Assembly (NCBI GenBank): GCA_049683935.1
Contig: JBAUJR010000071.1
Length of the DNA stretch: 64,000 bases
Direction: 5' to 3' (one strand)
DNA from: Mycobacterium sp.
GTDB lineage: Bacteria; Actinomycetota; Actinomycetes; Mycobacteriales; Mycobacteriaceae
Part shown: positions 19,785 through 30,690 of the stretch, piece by piece
Layout: each line of letters starts with the position of its first letter
Numbering within the stretch: position 1 is the first letter of the stretch
Translations under genes and position numbers: made by a program
The notes under the pieces: generated by a model
Database searches by the model: none
What the model was told of the DNA's origin: nothing
The model's input: only the letters and a program-made list of their open reading frames with translations

Positions 19785-19956
19785 TCGCACCCCCACCGAC
19801 CTCCGGCGGGATAGTTCATAATACCGGCCGTTTCAACATCGGCCAGCGAATAAATGTTCCAGGTTGAAAACGACCCGCTCGCGAGCGTGCAACCACTGCT
19901 GCGAAAACTGCGCGAGAGCGGCAGTGAGTGCACGTTCGGCGCATCAAACGGCCACA

Positions 19957-22203
19957 TCAGACCGGCGCGTTGCGGGTCTCATAGCCATGGCCGAGTTCCG
20001 AGATGGGCACCGCACTTCCGAACAGGTGGCCCTGGCCCAGCCGGCAGCCGGCGTTTAAGACCGTCTCCGCCTGTGCCGGGGATTCGATACCCTCCACGAT
20101 CACCGCGAGCCCCAACTCGTTGCACAGCCCGACCACCGATCGATACAGCGCGAGACTGCGTGCCGGATCGGTGCCCGAGGCGAAACTGCGGTCGAGTTTG
20201 ACGACCTGCACCGGCAGCGCGTGCAGATACATCAGCGAGTTGAACCCGGCACCGAAGTCGTCGAGCGCCACCTTCACACCCAGCGCATTCAACCGGGTGA
20301 TCTGGGCCGCGGCGTCGGCGAGGTCGACGATGGGCACGGTCTCGGTGATCTCCACGACCAACCGGCTCGGATCGATGTCGTACCTCGCCAGAGCGAAGCG
20401 GACATGCTGTTCGAAGGTCGGGTTGCCCAGCCGCGCTGCGCCGATGTTCACGTGGATGTCGAGATCCAGGCCGGCCGTCTGGACCGCACTGCACGCCATG
20501 TCGAGGACCAGGGCGTCGAGGTCGGCACCCAGCCCGGACGCTTCCGCGGCGGCGACGAAGGTCTCGGGCGAGATGTCGATACCGCTCGGCGCGGTCCACC
20601 GCGCCAGGGCTTCGACTGCCACCTGCGCCCTGTCCGGGAACCGCACGATGGGCTGATAGGCCAGGCTGAATCCGGCGGGAACTCCACCGGCTGCCTTGCG
20701 CAGCGCCGTCGGGAAGTCCCCGCGGACCCCCGCCGTCGGTTGGTACACCACCGCGGTGTCCTTGCCGAGCCGCTTTCCCGCGTACATCGAGATATCTGCC
20801 TGCCTGAGCAGGTCGTCGGAGGTCTGCGTCATGTCGCCGACACTCGGCCGGACCAGTCCCATGCTGGCCCGCACCCGCACCGATGAGCCGTGCACGGGGA
20901 AGGGATCCCGGAGGGCCACCCGCAGACGGTCCGCGACCACCTCCGGCTCCTCGGACTCACCGTCGATCAAGATCGCGAACTCGTCGCCACCGACGCGGGC
21001 CAGGATGTCGACGTCGCGCACGCACCGCTGGAGTCGCTCACCGACCGCCCGCAGCAGCGAATCCCCCGCGGCGTGGCCGAACCGGTCGTTGACCTCCTTG
21101 AAATCGTCGAGGGCGACGAAGATCAAGACGAATCGCCCGCCTCCGCGCATCGCACTGTCGAGCCGCTGGCCGAACAGCAGGCGGTTGGGCAGGCCCGTCA
21201 GCGCGTCGTGGTGTACCTGATGTGCCAGCCCGAGTTGCGCCCACGACAGCTCCTGGGTCAACACGTGCTGGGCGCGGATCGCCACCACCTGCCGAATAGC
21301 CACGAGCAAGACCAGCAGCACCGTCACCCAGACCACGAACGGCTGCAACTGCTGACCGATCAGGACGTGGAAGGCAAAAAGGACCGCGATTCCGAGGAAT
21401 CCGAGATACGGCAGGATCAGCTGCGCCCAGTCCATCTCCTGCTCGCGCAGCTTGCGGGGCGCTACGGCGGACTGCCGATAGTCGAGCATCGCGTAGGCGA
21501 GCAGCAGCGGCCCGACGACAAAGCCGACGCCGCTCCACAGGTCTGCGTTGTCCACGCCCACCTCGTCCAGATAGGCGCGCATTCGGTCGGATGCGGCCAT
21601 GGTGACGATGCCGCCGGCCAAGAACAGATAGTGCGACCGATGGGGCTGGTCGGGTGTGTAGAGCATCGTGATCACGACGGCCGCGACCACCACGACCAAC
21701 TCGGCAATCGAGAAGATGATCTCCACCGCCGCGTTTCCCGAGCGGGGCAGCGACGCCATCGAGTGGGCGCCCAACCCGCCCATGGCGATCAGGATGATGA
21801 AGGACGTGGCCGCCACCACACCGTCGAGGACGGTCGTGAGCACGGAATGCCGGGGCGGGCCCGCCGATTTTTCAGGCGCAGCGCCACTGGCTCGCACGAG
21901 CGCGACCACCGCCGCCAACGCGAACACCGGGCAGATCAGGTAGGCGACGACAGCGGCCGGCGGCGCGGGCGCCGCATCCGCACCGGCTCCGCTGGACCAC
22001 CAGAACGCCTGGCCGACAAGCCAACTCAGCAACGCCGCCGCAGTCAGCAGCCGCCACCAGCGCGCCGCCCCGGTCACCCGCAACGCGACGACCACGCCGA
22101 AGACCACCGCCCCCAATCCGGTACTCAGCTGGAGTAACGCTTCTCCGCGACGAGCCGCCTCGTCCCCCCATAGCGCCAGCGCGTTGACCGACACCACCAG
22201 CAC
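19957..22203 (-). CDS. Membrane-anchored GGDEF-EAL diguanylate cyclase/phosphodiesterase
   Basis: 748 aa with about 9 N-terminal TM helices. Readable motifs are the I-site RDVD-5aa-GGDEF, EALARW, EITE, DDFGAGF, KLDRSF, EGIES and GQGHLFG. The true start may lie upstream of GTG 22203 (see findings). Confidence 0.85.
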   Translation of the reverse strand: MLVVSVNALALWGDEAARRGEALLQLSTGLGAVVFGVVVALRVTGAARWWRLLTAAALLSWLVGQAFWWSSGAGADAAPAPPAAVVAYLICPVFALAAVVALVRASGAAPEKSAGPPRHSVLTTVLDGVVAATSFIILIAMGGLGAHSMASLPRSGNAAVEIIFSIAELVVVVAAVVITMLYTPDQPHRSHYLFLAGGIVTMAASDRMRAYLDEVGVDNADLWSGVGFVVGPLLLAYAMLDYRQSAVAPRKLREQEMDWAQLILPYLGFLGIAVLFAFHVLIGQQLQPFVVWVTVLLVLLVAIRQVVAIRAQHVLTQELSWAQLGLAHQVHHDALTGLPNRLLFGQRLDSAMRGGGRFVLIFVALDDFKEVNDRFGHAAGDSLLRAVGERLQRCVRDVDILARVGGDEFAILIDGESEEPEVVADRLRVALRDPFPVHGSSVRVRASMGLVRPSVGDMTQTSDDLLRQADISMYAGKRLGKDTAVVYQPTAGVRGDFPTALRKAAGGVPAGFSLAYQPIVRFPDRAQVAVEALARWTAPSGIDISPETFVAAAEASGLGADLDALVLDMACSAVQTAGLDLDIHVNIGAARLGNPTFEQHVRFALARYDIDPSRLVVEITETVPIVDLADAAAQITRLNALGVKVALDDFGAGFNSLMYLHALPVQVVKLDRSFASGTDPARSLALYRSVVGLCNELGLAVIVEGIESPAQAETVLNAGCRLGQGHLFGSAVPISELGHGYETRNAPV

Positions 22204-22302
22204 GACGAAGACGAACAGGTAGATCCGCAGGTGGTATGCCTTGATCGACCGCTCCTTCCCGCCGCGGGCAGCCCCGGAGTTCGGGCGTGCCCATGACGGT
22301 AG

Positions 22303-23148
22303 CTAACCCGCGGCGATCATTCCGACAGATGCCAGAGCCAGCACCATGCCGGTTGCTTGCCAGCGGGTGACCCGCTCACGCAGCACCATGATCGCCAGCA
22401 GTACCGTCGCCGCCGGGTACAGCGCGATCAGCACCCCGGCCAGCGACAACATCGACGATTGCAACGCCAGCAGTGTCGCGACGTTGGCGACGGTGTCGAG
22501 CACCCCGGCGAACACCGCCAACCGGAGCGGAATGCCGCGTTCGAGCACCAGATTGGCCGTGACGGCCGCCGCCAGCAGCACGATCGCGGTCGCAGCTATC
22601 CGCCCGAACACCAGCGGCCACAACTCCGCCTCGACCGGCACCTGGTCGAGGATCACGAAGTTCATCCCGAACGCGACCCCGGAGCCGACGGTCAGCCAGG
22701 CCACTTTCACCGTGAACTTGTGCGCGGTGACGTCCTCATCGCTTGCCTCGCGACTGACCAGCACCACGGCGGCGAGCGCGAGCACGACCCCGACCAGGGC
22801 AATCGGCCCGGGCCGCTCCCCCAGCGCCAGCCCGACACCCACCGGGATGCCGGCAACCAGGATTGCCGTCAGCGGCGACACCACCGAGATCGGACCCGAC
22901 CCCAGCGCCGCGTAGAACCACCACACACCGAACGCCTGGGCCACTCCGGACAGCAGGCCCCACACGATGGCAGCGGTACCGACCTGGCCCCCGAACGGCA
23001 CCGCGATCACGATCAGCATCACCAACGCGACCGGATAGGAGACCAGCACCACCCGAAGGGCGGCGACCCGGCGCGACGCGATGCCGCCGACGAAGTCGCT
23101 GACGCCGTAGCCCAGCGCCGCGATCAGCGCAGTGATGATGCCGGTCAG
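22303..23148 (-). CDS. EamA/DMT-family transporter
   Basis: The track ORF starts at GTG 23052. The same frame stays open to 23178 and encodes a first helix, [27 protein letters not shown], typical of EamA N-termini. No ATG, GTG or TTG is available there, so the start coordinate is uncertain. Confidence 0.7.
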   Translation of the reverse strand: MTGIITALIAALGYGVSDFVGGIASRRVAALRVVLVSYPVALVMLIVIAVPFGGQVGTAAIVWGLLSGVAQAFGVWWFYAALGSGPISVVSPLTAILVAGIPVGVGLALGERPGPIALVGVVLALAAVVLVSREASDEDVTAHKFTVKVAWLTVGSGVAFGMNFVILDQVPVEAELWPLVFGRIAATAIVLLAAAVTANLVLERGIPLRLAVFAGVLDTVANVATLLALQSSMLSLAGVLIALYPAATVLLAIMVLRERVTRWQATGMVLALASVGMIAAG

Positions 23149-23642
23149 GAGGTCATGCCCTTGACGCGGCGGCCCAACTCACGGGTGACCTCACGCTCGG
23201 CATCCCGGCGGGCCAGGTCCTGACGTTTGTCGTGGGCCTGCTTGCCGCGTGCCAGCGCCAGCTCCACCTTGACCTTGCCCCCGGTGAAGTACAGCGACAG
23301 CGGGACCAGGGTCAGGTTGCCGTCACGGATCTTGCCGATCAGATTGTCGATCTCCCGGCGGTGGAGCAGCAGCTTGCGATTCCGCCGGGGCGCGTGGTTG
23401 GTCCAGCTGCCGTGGTGATACTCGGGGATGTGCAGGTTTCGCAACCAGATCTCGCCGTCGTCGAGGGTGGCGAACGCGTCGGCCAGCGATGCCTGGCCCT
23501 CGCGCAGGCTCTTGACCTCGGTGCCCATCAGCGCAATCCCGGCCTCGAAGGTCTCGAGAATCGCGTAGTTGTGCCGCGCTTTGCGATTGCTGGCCACCAC
23601 CTGGTTGTTGCTGTCCTTGGCCACTTTGGGTTTCTTGGCCAT
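23145..23642 (-). CDS. smpB: SsrA-binding protein
   Basis: Start is ATG 23642 ([47 protein letters not shown]...). The track ORF 23145..24308 is an upstream off-target extension into ftsX DNA. Confidence 0.95.
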   Translation of the reverse strand: MAKKPKVAKDSNNQVVASNRKARHNYAILETFEAGIALMGTEVKSLREGQASLADAFATLDDGEIWLRNLHIPEYHHGSWTNHAPRRNRKLLLHRREIDNLIGKIRDGNLTLVPLSLYFTGGKVKVELALARGKQAHDKRQDLARRDAEREVTRELGRRVKGMTS

Positions 23643-23644
23643 GG

Positions 23645-24538
23645 CTATCTTCGGACGTAGAGCCGCAGCGTGACGTACGCCGTGACACCTGCCATCGCCA
23701 CGCCCACGAACAGCAGGATGGGGGCGATGTAGAGGATGTCGGCATAGTCGATGCGGGCAATCAGATTGGCTTGATAGAACTGGTCGAGAGCCTTCTCCAG
23801 GAACAGCGCCCGCACCGCGATCAGGCCGCCGATGGCGATCAGGACACCCAGCAGTGCCGCCAGCATCGCTTCGACGAGGAACGGCAACTGCGTGTACCAG
23901 CGACTCGCGCCCACCAGACGCATGATGCCGATCTCGGTGCGTCTCGTATAGGCCGCGACTTGGACCATGTTGGCTATCAGCAACACCGCCCCGATCGCCT
24001 GCACCAACGCCACCGCAAACGCCGCGTTCGACAACCCGTCGAGCACCGCGAACAGTCGGTCGATCAGGTCCTTCTGATTCAGGACGTTGAGCACGCCGGG
24101 CTGACCGACCATCGCCTGGTCGAAGTCCTGGTGCTGTTCGGGATCCTCGAGCCTGACGACAAAGGACGCCGGGAACGCGTCTCGGCCCGCGACGTCTTCG
24201 TACTGCGGGAACTTGCGGATCGCGTCGTCGTACGCCTCGTCGCGGTTGAGGAACCGCACGGAGCGGACGTCGTCTCGGTCTTCGATCGCCTGGCGCAGCG
24301 CCGTGCACGGGTCGGCGTCACACGACGGGTCGTTGGCAGAGACGTCGTTGGTGAGGAAGACCTGGCTCTCCACCCGGTCGAGGTAGATGTCGCGGGACTG
24401 GTCGGCCAGTCGCACCACCAGTAGCCCGCCACCGAGCAGACCGATCGAGATCGCCGTGGTCAGGATCATCGCGACCGTCATGGTCACGTTGCGTCGAAGC
24501 CCGGTAAGGACCTCGTTGATGAGAAAGCCGAAGCGCAC
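23645..24538 (-). CDS. ftsX: Cell-division ABC transporter permease FtsX
   Basis: 297 aa with GTG start. It has four TM segments, a periplasmic loop and the C-terminal [10 protein letters not shown] motif. It directly follows ftsE. Confidence 0.9.
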   Translation of the reverse strand: MRFGFLINEVLTGLRRNVTMTVAMILTTAISIGLLGGGLLVVRLADQSRDIYLDRVESQVFLTNDVSANDPSCDADPCTALRQAIEDRDDVRSVRFLNRDEAYDDAIRKFPQYEDVAGRDAFPASFVVRLEDPEQHQDFDQAMVGQPGVLNVLNQKDLIDRLFAVLDGLSNAAFAVALVQAIGAVLLIANMVQVAAYTRRTEIGIMRLVGASRWYTQLPFLVEAMLAALLGVLIAIGGLIAVRALFLEKALDQFYQANLIARIDYADILYIAPILLFVGVAMAGVTAYVTLRLYVRR

Positions 24539-25228
24539 TTATCGGTCCATTCCGTAGACGCCGCGCTGTTCGTCGCGAATCAGCCGGCCGAGTTCGAGTT
24601 CGACGACGCGCTGGCGCATCGAGTCGACGATGTGGTGGTCGTGGGTGGCCATCAGGACCGTCGTGCCCGTGCGGTTGATCCGCTCGAGCAGGTCCATGAT
24701 GTCCTTGCTGGTGTCAGGGTCGAGGTTGCCTGTCGGCTCGTCGGCCAACAGCACCAGCGGCCGGTTGACGAATGCGCGGGCGATGGCGACGCGTTGCTGC
24801 TCGCCGCCGGACAATTCGGCGGGCAATCGGTTCGCTTTTCCCGACAGGCCCACCATTTCCAACACGTCGGGGACCACCCGGTTGATCACGTCACCGCGCT
24901 TACCGATCACCTCGAGCGCAAACGCCACGTTCTCGAACACCGTCTTCTGCTGCAGAAGCCGGAAATCCTGGAAAACGCAGCCCATCACCTGCCGCAGACC
25001 CGGGATGTGTCGCCCGGACAACTTGTTGACGTGGAACTTCGACACCTTGATATCGCCGGACGAGGGTTGGTCCTCGGCCAGCAGCAGTCTCATGAACGTG
25101 GACTTGCCAGAACCCGACGGTCCGATGAGGAAGACGAACTCACCCTTGTCGATCTTCAACGAGATGTTGTCGAGCGCTGGACGTGCCGACGACTTGTACT
25201 GCTTTGACACGTGGTCGAGGGTGATCAT
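24539..25228 (-). CDS. ftsE: Cell-division ATP-binding protein FtsE
   Basis: Start is ATG 25228 ([12 protein letters not shown]...). It has Walker [10 protein letters not shown], the signature LSGGEQQR and Walker B LLADEP. The track ORF extends to 25990 through Pro/Arg-rich off-frame sequence. Confidence 0.95.
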   Translation of the reverse strand: MITLDHVSKQYKSSARPALDNISLKIDKGEFVFLIGPSGSGKSTFMRLLLAEDQPSSGDIKVSKFHVNKLSGRHIPGLRQVMGCVFQDFRLLQQKTVFENVAFALEVIGKRGDVINRVVPDVLEMVGLSGKANRLPAELSGGEQQRVAIARAFVNRPLVLLADEPTGNLDPDTSKDIMDLLERINRTGTTVLMATHDHHIVDSMRQRVVELELGRLIRDEQRGVYGMDR

Positions 25229-25272
25229 CACGGCACGCCAGTGTAGCGGGGAGACATCCGATTTCCTCAGCG

Positions 25273-25782
25273 CTACTGCGGTGGCGCCGGTGTGGGCGGC
25301 ACCGGACCGGTCACCGTGGGTGTGGCGTCGGGCGCCTGGGTGAAGGTCTGCGGACCCTGCGGACCGGCCCCGTCCGGGTCGATCATCGTTGTCGTCGGCG
25401 GGGCGAACGGATCGCCCGGAGCGGTGGTGGTCGGCGTCTCCCCCGGTGACGTCGTCGGCTCTGTCGGGCTGGTCGTCGGTGTGGGTTCGGCGGTCGTCGT
25501 CGTGGTGGTGGTGGTTTCCGCGGGGGTCTCGGTCTCGCGGGGGCGCACGTTGGTCCGCGGCACCCAGGTGTAGTTCGGGTCGGGCACGAAGCCCGGTGGC
25601 ACGATCGCCGATTCCGGGGCTGCCGGCTGGGCCGGTGGCTCGTAGACCTGGGAAACCCAGGACAACAGGATGAAGGCGACGATGAGGCCGGCGGTCGACG
25701 TGCGGATCCGGCCGCCCGGCAGGTAGTGGGGCCAACCGCGGCCTTCCCGGCGCCAACCACTCAGCTTCTGTCGGATGTTCAC
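25273..25782 (-). CDS. Pro/Thr-rich membrane-anchored protein (Rv3103c-like)
   Basis: 169 aa with a GTG start that overlaps the mscS stop (GTGA). It has one TM helix ([11 protein letters not shown]), then a Pro/Thr-rich tail that includes T8. Confidence 0.7.
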   Translation of the reverse strand: MNIRQKLSGWRREGRGWPHYLPGGRIRTSTAGLIVAFILLSWVSQVYEPPAQPAAPESAIVPPGFVPDPNYTWVPRTNVRPRETETPAETTTTTTTTAEPTPTTSPTEPTTSPGETPTTTAPGDPFAPPTTTMIDPDGAGPQGPQTFTQAPDATPTVTGPVPPTPAPPQ

Positions 25783-26735
25783 TGCTTCGACTCCGACCGG
25801 CTCTGAGCCACCTCCGCCTTGCCGGCGATGGTGTCCACCGTCGGCGGGTGGTCGCTGGTGGCGATCCCGGCGCGGTTGAGCGCCGCGATGATCCGGATGC
25901 GCAGTCGGCGGCCGACTTCGTACTGCTTGCCGGGTAGCGTCCGGGCCACCATCCGCAGGTTGACGGTGTCCAGTTCGATGCTCTCCACACCCATCAACTG
26001 CGGGGTGTCCAGCAGAAGTGCGCTGAGTCCCTCATCTTCCATCGCGTCCACGCCGACGGCGTGCAGCAGCTCGTTGACCTTGTTGAGGTCGGCGGTGGTG
26101 GGCACCGGGATGTCGACCACGGCGCGCGCCCAGTCCTTGGACATGTTCAGCGAACGGACGATGTTGCCGTTCGGGACGGTCCACACCTCGCCCTCGCTGG
26201 TGCGCAGTTTGGTCACGCGCAGGGTGACCTCCTCGACAGTGCCCTCGGCCTCGTTGGGCGCGCCGAGCATGTTCACCTGCACCAGGTCGCCGAACCCGTA
26301 CTGGCGTTCGGTGATGATGAAGAACCCGGCCAGCAGATCCTGCACGAGCTTCTGCGCGCCGAAACCGAGTGCCGCACCGAGCACCGCCGCCGGTGCCACC
26401 AGGGAACCCACCGGAACGTTGACCACGTCGGTGATCTCGACCGCGACGACGACGAACAGAATCGCGATCGACACCCACGAGATCACAGACGCCACCGCCT
26501 GGCGGTGTTTGGCGCTCTCGGAGCGCACCAGCTGGTCGCTTTCCTGATACTCGGCATCGATGCGCCGCGTCACCCGGCGTGCGATCCAGCTGATGAACCG
26601 GGCGGCCAGCAGCGCGCCGACGAGCAGCAGCGCGATCTGCAATCCCTGTGTCAGCAGCCATCTGCCGATCTCGCCGTGCCAGAAACTGTGCCAGCCCTCG
26701 GCGAAGTTGATGGCCTGATAGGTACTAGTCGTCAT
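25779..26735 (-). CDS. MscS-family mechanosensitive channel
   Basis: 318 aa with three TM helices. The conserved beta-domain reads [14 protein letters not shown]...[26 protein letters not shown]. Confidence 0.85.
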   Translation of the reverse strand: MTTSTYQAINFAEGWHSFWHGEIGRWLLTQGLQIALLLVGALLAARFISWIARRVTRRIDAEYQESDQLVRSESAKHRQAVASVISWVSIAILFVVVAVEITDVVNVPVGSLVAPAAVLGAALGFGAQKLVQDLLAGFFIITERQYGFGDLVQVNMLGAPNEAEGTVEEVTLRVTKLRTSEGEVWTVPNGNIVRSLNMSKDWARAVVDIPVPTTADLNKVNELLHAVGVDAMEDEGLSALLLDTPQLMGVESIELDTVNLRMVARTLPGKQYEVGRRLRIRIIAALNRAGIATSDHPPTVDTIAGKAEVAQSRSESKQ

Positions 26736-27840
26736 CTTTTCTGTTGCGCCACCGGATACCGGCCTCCAGGAAGCCGTCGATGTCTCCGTCCAGCACGGCG
26801 GCTGGATTTCCGACCTCGTATTCGGTGCGCAGATCCTTCACCATCTGGTAGGGGTGCAGCACGTAGGAACGCATCTGGTTACCCCAGGAGCTGCCGCTGT
26901 CGCTCTTGAGGGCGTCCATCTCGGCCCGCTCCTCTAAACGCTTGCGTTCCAATAATTTTGCCTGGAGCACGCGCATCGCAGACACCTTGTTCTGCAGCTG
27001 CGACTTCTCGTTCTGGCAAGTCACCACGATACCGGTCGGGATGTGGGTGAGTCGAACCGCCGAGTCGGTGGTGTTGACCGACTGACCGCCGGGCCCGCTG
27101 GACCGGTAGACGTCCACCCGGACGTCGCCTTCGGGGATCTCGATGTGGTCGGTGGTCTCGGTGACGGGCAGCACCTCGACTTCGGCGAACGACGTCTGAC
27201 GCCGGGCCTGGTTGTCGAACGGGCTGATCCGCACCAGCCGGTGGGTGCCCTGCTCGACCGAGAGCGTGCCGTAGGCGAACGGGGCGTGCACGGCGAAGGT
27301 CGCGCTCTTGATGCCCGCCTCCTCCGCGTAGGAGGTGTCGTAGACCTCGACCGGGTACTTGTGCTGCTCGGCCCAGCGGATGTACATCCGCATCAGCATC
27401 TCGGCCCAGTCGGCGGCGTCCACGCCTCCCGCGCCGGAACGGATGTTGAGAAGGGCTTCCCGCTCGTCGTACTCACCGGAGAGAAGGGTGCGGACCTCCA
27501 TCGCCGCGAGGTCCTCACGCAGCTTCTCGAGTTCGGCGTCCGCCTCGGCGAGGGCTTCCTCGGCGCCGGCGCCGCCCTCTTCTGCGGCCATCTCGTAGAG
27601 CACCGGCAGATCGTCGAGCCGGCCGCGCAGTTCCTCGACGCGACGCAGTTCGTTCTGCGCGTGCGACAGCTCGCTGGTCACCTTCTGCGCCCGCGACTGG
27701 TCATCCCACAGGTTCGGGTCGGAGGCCTCCTGCTCCAGCTGCTCGATACGGCCGCGAAGCGCCTCGACATCGAGCACACGCTCCACGGTGGTGAGCGTGG
27801 AGTCCAGGGTGGCGATATCGGATTGACGGTCAGGATCCAC
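26725..27840 (-). CDS. prfB: Peptide chain release factor 2
   Basis: 371 aa with GTG start. It contains the SPF motif (RISPFD) and GGQ (SGPGGQSVN). It is a single uninterrupted frame. Confidence 0.95.
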   Translation of the reverse strand: MDPDRQSDIATLDSTLTTVERVLDVEALRGRIEQLEQEASDPNLWDDQSRAQKVTSELSHAQNELRRVEELRGRLDDLPVLYEMAAEEGGAGAEEALAEADAELEKLREDLAAMEVRTLLSGEYDEREALLNIRSGAGGVDAADWAEMLMRMYIRWAEQHKYPVEVYDTSYAEEAGIKSATFAVHAPFAYGTLSVEQGTHRLVRISPFDNQARRQTSFAEVEVLPVTETTDHIEIPEGDVRVDVYRSSGPGGQSVNTTDSAVRLTHIPTGIVVTCQNEKSQLQNKVSAMRVLQAKLLERKRLEERAEMDALKSDSGSSWGNQMRSYVLHPYQMVKDLRTEYEVGNPAAVLDGDIDGFLEAGIRWRNRKDDD

Positions 27841-28043
27841 GAGAGTTCAGGGTACTCACCGTGCAGCTCGGTGATGCCACGGCTGTCTCGGCACATTCTC
27901 GAATCCGATCCCGGCGACCGCCGCAGAATCCCGCGTCCGACCTCGGTGGCGATCTAGCATCGGGTTGGACCCTCGTTCGGCCACACCGCGACAGCCCTCG
28001 CATGTGGCCCGCCAGCGACAGAAGGCAGCCCTATATGCCCCCA

Positions 28044-29408
28044 ATGCGGCCGTATCACGTGGCCATCGTCGGCTCAGGACCCTCCGGGTACTTCGCCGCC
28101 GCGTCCCTGTTGAAGTTCGCGGCCTCCGGTGACCGCGACGTACGCGTCGACATGCTCGAGATGCTTCCGACCCCGTGGGGCCTGGTGCGTTCGGGCGTGG
28201 CTCCCGACCACCCGAAGATCAAATCGATCAGCGCCCAGTTCGAGAAGACGGCGCTGGACCCGCGGTTCCGGTTCTTCGGCAACGTCGCGGTCGGTGACCA
28301 CGTACACCCGGCGGAGCTGGCGGAGCGCTACGACGCCGTCGTTTATGCCACCGGCGCACAATCGGATCGGGCACTGGGAATCCCGGGAGAGGATCTGCCG
28401 GGCAGCGTCGCCGCCGTCGACTTCGTCGGTTGGTACAACGCGCATCCCCACTTCGAGGAGATTGCACCCGATCTGACCCGTCATCGCGCCGTGGTCATCG
28501 GCAACGGCAACGTGGCACTCGATGTCGCCCGGATCCTGGTGAGCGACCCCGAGAGTCTTGCGGGCACCGACATCGCCGACCACGCGCTGAAGTCGCTGCA
28601 CGCAGGTGGCGTCGAAGAAGTCGTGGTCGTGGGCAGGCGCGGCCCGCTGCAGGCACCGTTCACCACCTTGGAACTCCGAGAACTCGGCGAGCTCGAGGCG
28701 CTCGGCGATGTGGACATCGTCGTCGACCCCGCCGACTTCGCCGACATCACCGACGAGGATCTGGAGGCAGCGGGCAAGACGGTCCGCAACAACATCAAGG
28801 TGCTGCGGCAGTACGCCGAACGCACACCGAGCGAGGCCACCCGTCGGATCGTGTTCCGGTTCGGCACCTCGCCGATCGAGATCCGGGGCGACGACCGGGT
28901 CGAGTCGATCGTGCTCGGGCGCAACGAGCTGGTCAGCGACGCCGACGGCCGGGTGTCGGCCAAGGACACCGGCGAGCGTGAGGAGCTGGCGGTCCAGCTC
29001 GTGGTGCGGGCGGTCGGCTACCGCGGGCTGCCGACCCCCGGCCTACCGTTCGACGAGCGCGCCGGGACCATTCCGCACGTCGACGGACGGGTGGCGGGTA
29101 GCCGCAAGGAGTACGTCGCCGGATGGATCAAGCGCGGACCCAGCGGAGTGATCGGCACCAACAAGAAGGACTCCCAGGACACCGTCAACACGCTGCTGGC
29201 CGACCTCAGCGTCGCCGACCTCGCCGACTTCCCCGACGATCACGCTGATCACCTCGCGCAGTGGCTCGTCGAGCGACAGCCGAAGGTCGTGACCACCGAT
29301 CACTGGCAGCTGATCGACGCGCACGAACGCTCGGCGGGCGAAGGTAGCGGCCGGCCCCGCGTCAAGTTGACGACTGTGGCCGAGCTGCTGCGCATCGGGC
29401 ACGGCTGA
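28044..29408 (+). CDS. fprA: NADPH-ferredoxin reductase (adrenodoxin-reductase type)
   Basis: Start is ATG 28044 (MRPYHVAIVGSGPSGYFAAASLLK...MLEMLPTPWGLVRSGVAPDHPKIKSI), which is close to the Mtb FprA N-terminus as I recall it. An alternative ATG lies at 28035. Confidence 0.85.
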   Translation: MRPYHVAIVGSGPSGYFAAASLLKFAASGDRDVRVDMLEMLPTPWGLVRSGVAPDHPKIKSISAQFEKTALDPRFRFFGNVAVGDHVHPAELAERYDAVVYATGAQSDRALGIPGEDLPGSVAAVDFVGWYNAHPHFEEIAPDLTRHRAVVIGNGNVALDVARILVSDPESLAGTDIADHALKSLHAGGVEEVVVVGRRGPLQAPFTTLELRELGELEALGDVDIVVDPADFADITDEDLEAAGKTVRNNIKVLRQYAERTPSEATRRIVFRFGTSPIEIRGDDRVESIVLGRNELVSDADGRVSAKDTGEREELAVQLVVRAVGYRGLPTPGLPFDERAGTIPHVDGRVAGSRKEYVAGWIKRGPSGVIGTNKKDSQDTVNTLLADLSVADLADFPDDHADHLAQWLVERQPKVVTTDHWQLIDAHERSAGEGSGRPRVKLTTVAELLRIGHG

Positions 29409-29486
29409 TGACGAAGCGGGCGAGGGACGAGCCCGTGAGGAGTCAGCCCATCAAGCACGGCTGACGGGCTGACGACGACGCGGGAG

Positions 29487-29873
29487 TCAACCGTGCTGCG
29501 CGGGTGGCGGCGGAGGTGGCGGCGGCGGCTCCATCTGCGGAGCGAACCGCCAGTTGTCGGGGTTCTTCGGGGAGTAGACGACCGGGAACAGCTGTCCCAT
29601 CGTCGGCCACTGGTCGACGTCGACGGAAAGGCGTTGATACACGGCGTGTTCGTTGACCGTGGGTCCGTTCATGACGCCGGTGATCGTGACGAACTGCTCA
29701 CCCGTGACATCGTCAGGTCGGGGGCTGACTCCGGTGACCAGGAGGGTGCCCTGCGGCCATCCGGAACCGGCGCCACCGCCACCTCCGCCACGGCGCCGCA
29801 TGAGATACGGCCGCGCAATGAGAAACAGCGCGCCGACGAGCATCAGGATGATCGCGAGTTCGAACACCCCCAC
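29487..29873 (-). CDS. Small membrane protein with poly-Gly and poly-Pro tracts
   Basis: 128 aa with GTG start. It has an N-terminal TM helix, then [11 protein letters not shown], a globular part and a C-terminal P9 run. Confidence 0.6.
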   Translation of the reverse strand: MGVFELAIILMLVGALFLIARPYLMRRRGGGGGGAGSGWPQGTLLVTGVSPRPDDVTGEQFVTITGVMNGPTVNEHAVYQRLSVDVDQWPTMGQLFPVVYSPKNPDNWRFAPQMEPPPPPPPPPAQHG

Positions 29874-29890
29874 ATGGTAGGACGGCTGCT

Positions 29891-30670
29891 ATGAGCACCT
29901 ATGCAAATGACCTGCAGCTGGCCCTCCAGCTGGCCGACGAGGCCGACTCGCTGACGATGCAGCGGTTCGGTGCGGTCGACCTGCGCGTGGAGACCAAGCC
30001 CGACATGACGCCGGCGACCGACGCCGACCTCGACACCGAGACGCTGCTACGTGACCGGCTCGGCGAGTTGCGGCCACAGGACTCGGTGTTCGGCGAAGAG
30101 TTCGGCGGCACCAGGGAATTCAGCGGTCGGCAGTGGGTGCTCGACCCGATCGACGGCACCAAGAACTTCGTCCGGGGGGTGCCGGTGTGGGCGACGTTGA
30201 TTGCGTTGCTCGTCGACGGGGTGCCGGTGGTCGGCGTCGCCAGTGCACCCGCGCTGGGCCGGCGGTGGTGGGCCGGCCAGGATCAGGGCGCATTCACCTC
30301 ATTCGGTGGCACCACCAGGAAGATCTCGGTGTCCGGGGTCAGCGACCTCGGCTCGGCGAGCCTGTCGTTCTCCGACCTGTCGACCGGCTGGGACGAGGAC
30401 CGGTCGAAGCTTGTCGAACTCACCGACGCCGTGTGGCGGATGCGCGGCTACGGCGACTTCTGGTCGTACTGCCTGGTCGCCGAGGGCGCCGTCGACATCG
30501 CTGTGGAACCGGAGGTCAAGGTGTGGGATCTGGCGCCACTGGACATCCTGGTGCGCGAGGCAGGCGGCCGGTTCACCGACATGGCGGCCCAGCCGGGCCC
30601 CCACGGCGGCAGCGCGGTGGCGACCAACGGGTTGCTGCACGACGCGGTGATCGCCCGATTCGGCGTGTGA
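29891..30670 (+). CDS. hisN: Histidinol-phosphatase (IMPase family)
   Basis: 259 aa. It carries the IMPase motifs FGEEFGG and [12 protein letters not shown], plus WDLAPL. Confidence 0.75.
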   Translation: MSTYANDLQLALQLADEADSLTMQRFGAVDLRVETKPDMTPATDADLDTETLLRDRLGELRPQDSVFGEEFGGTREFSGRQWVLDPIDGTKNFVRGVPVWATLIALLVDGVPVVGVASAPALGRRWWAGQDQGAFTSFGGTTRKISVSGVSDLGSASLSFSDLSTGWDEDRSKLVELTDAVWRMRGYGDFWSYCLVAEGAVDIAVEPEVKVWDLAPLDILVREAGGRFTDMAAQPGPHGGSAVATNGLLHDAVIARFGV

Positions 30671-30690
30671 CGTGCCTTACACATCGCAGT

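Noticed and set aside
19785-19860. ssrA promoter: TTGAAA (19835-19830) with either TATTAT (19822-19817) or TATCCC (19812-19807)
   Set aside because: Spacing to TATTAT is only 7 nt. The 17-nt-spaced alternative (TATCCC) is a poor -10 box. I cannot support a specific promoter call without start-site data.
19877-19888. Palindrome CGCTCGCGAGCG plus a downstream T-run as the terminator of the GGDEF-EAL gene
   Set aside because: As a hairpin it would have only a 4-bp stem. The T-run is short and separated from it. The evidence is too weak to call.
19485-19957. ORFs 19485..19706 -, 19561..19752 + and 19652..19957 - inside or next to ssrA
   Set aside because: They lie within the tmRNA gene or its promoter region. 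The tmRNA secondary-structure landmarks account for this sequence.
23643-24308. N-terminal 220-aa extension of the smpB ORF (track ORF 23145..24308)
   Set aside because: The extension is Arg/Pro/Gly-rich and overlaps ftsX in another frame. The canonical SmpB N-terminus (MAKKPK...) begins at ATG 23642, 3 nt after the ftsX stop.
25380-25560. Repetitive GGT/GTC-rich stretch as a VNTR or CRISPR-like repeat
   Set aside because: This is the coding sequence of the Pro/Thr-rich tail ([13 protein letters not shown] repeats) of the Rv3103c-like protein. It has no spacer-repeat periodicity.
25229-25990. N-terminal 254-aa extension of the ftsE ORF (track ORF 24539..25990)
   Set aside because: It is off-frame through the Pro/Thr-rich gene and the mscS 3' end. 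FtsE proteins start at MITLDHV..., just before the Walker A motif.
26725-27840. Programmed +1 frameshift in prfB
   Set aside because: The complete RF2 N-terminus ([14 protein letters not shown]...) through the SPF and GGQ motifs is read in a single frame. There is no internal in-frame TGA or CTT-TGA slippery site near codon 25.
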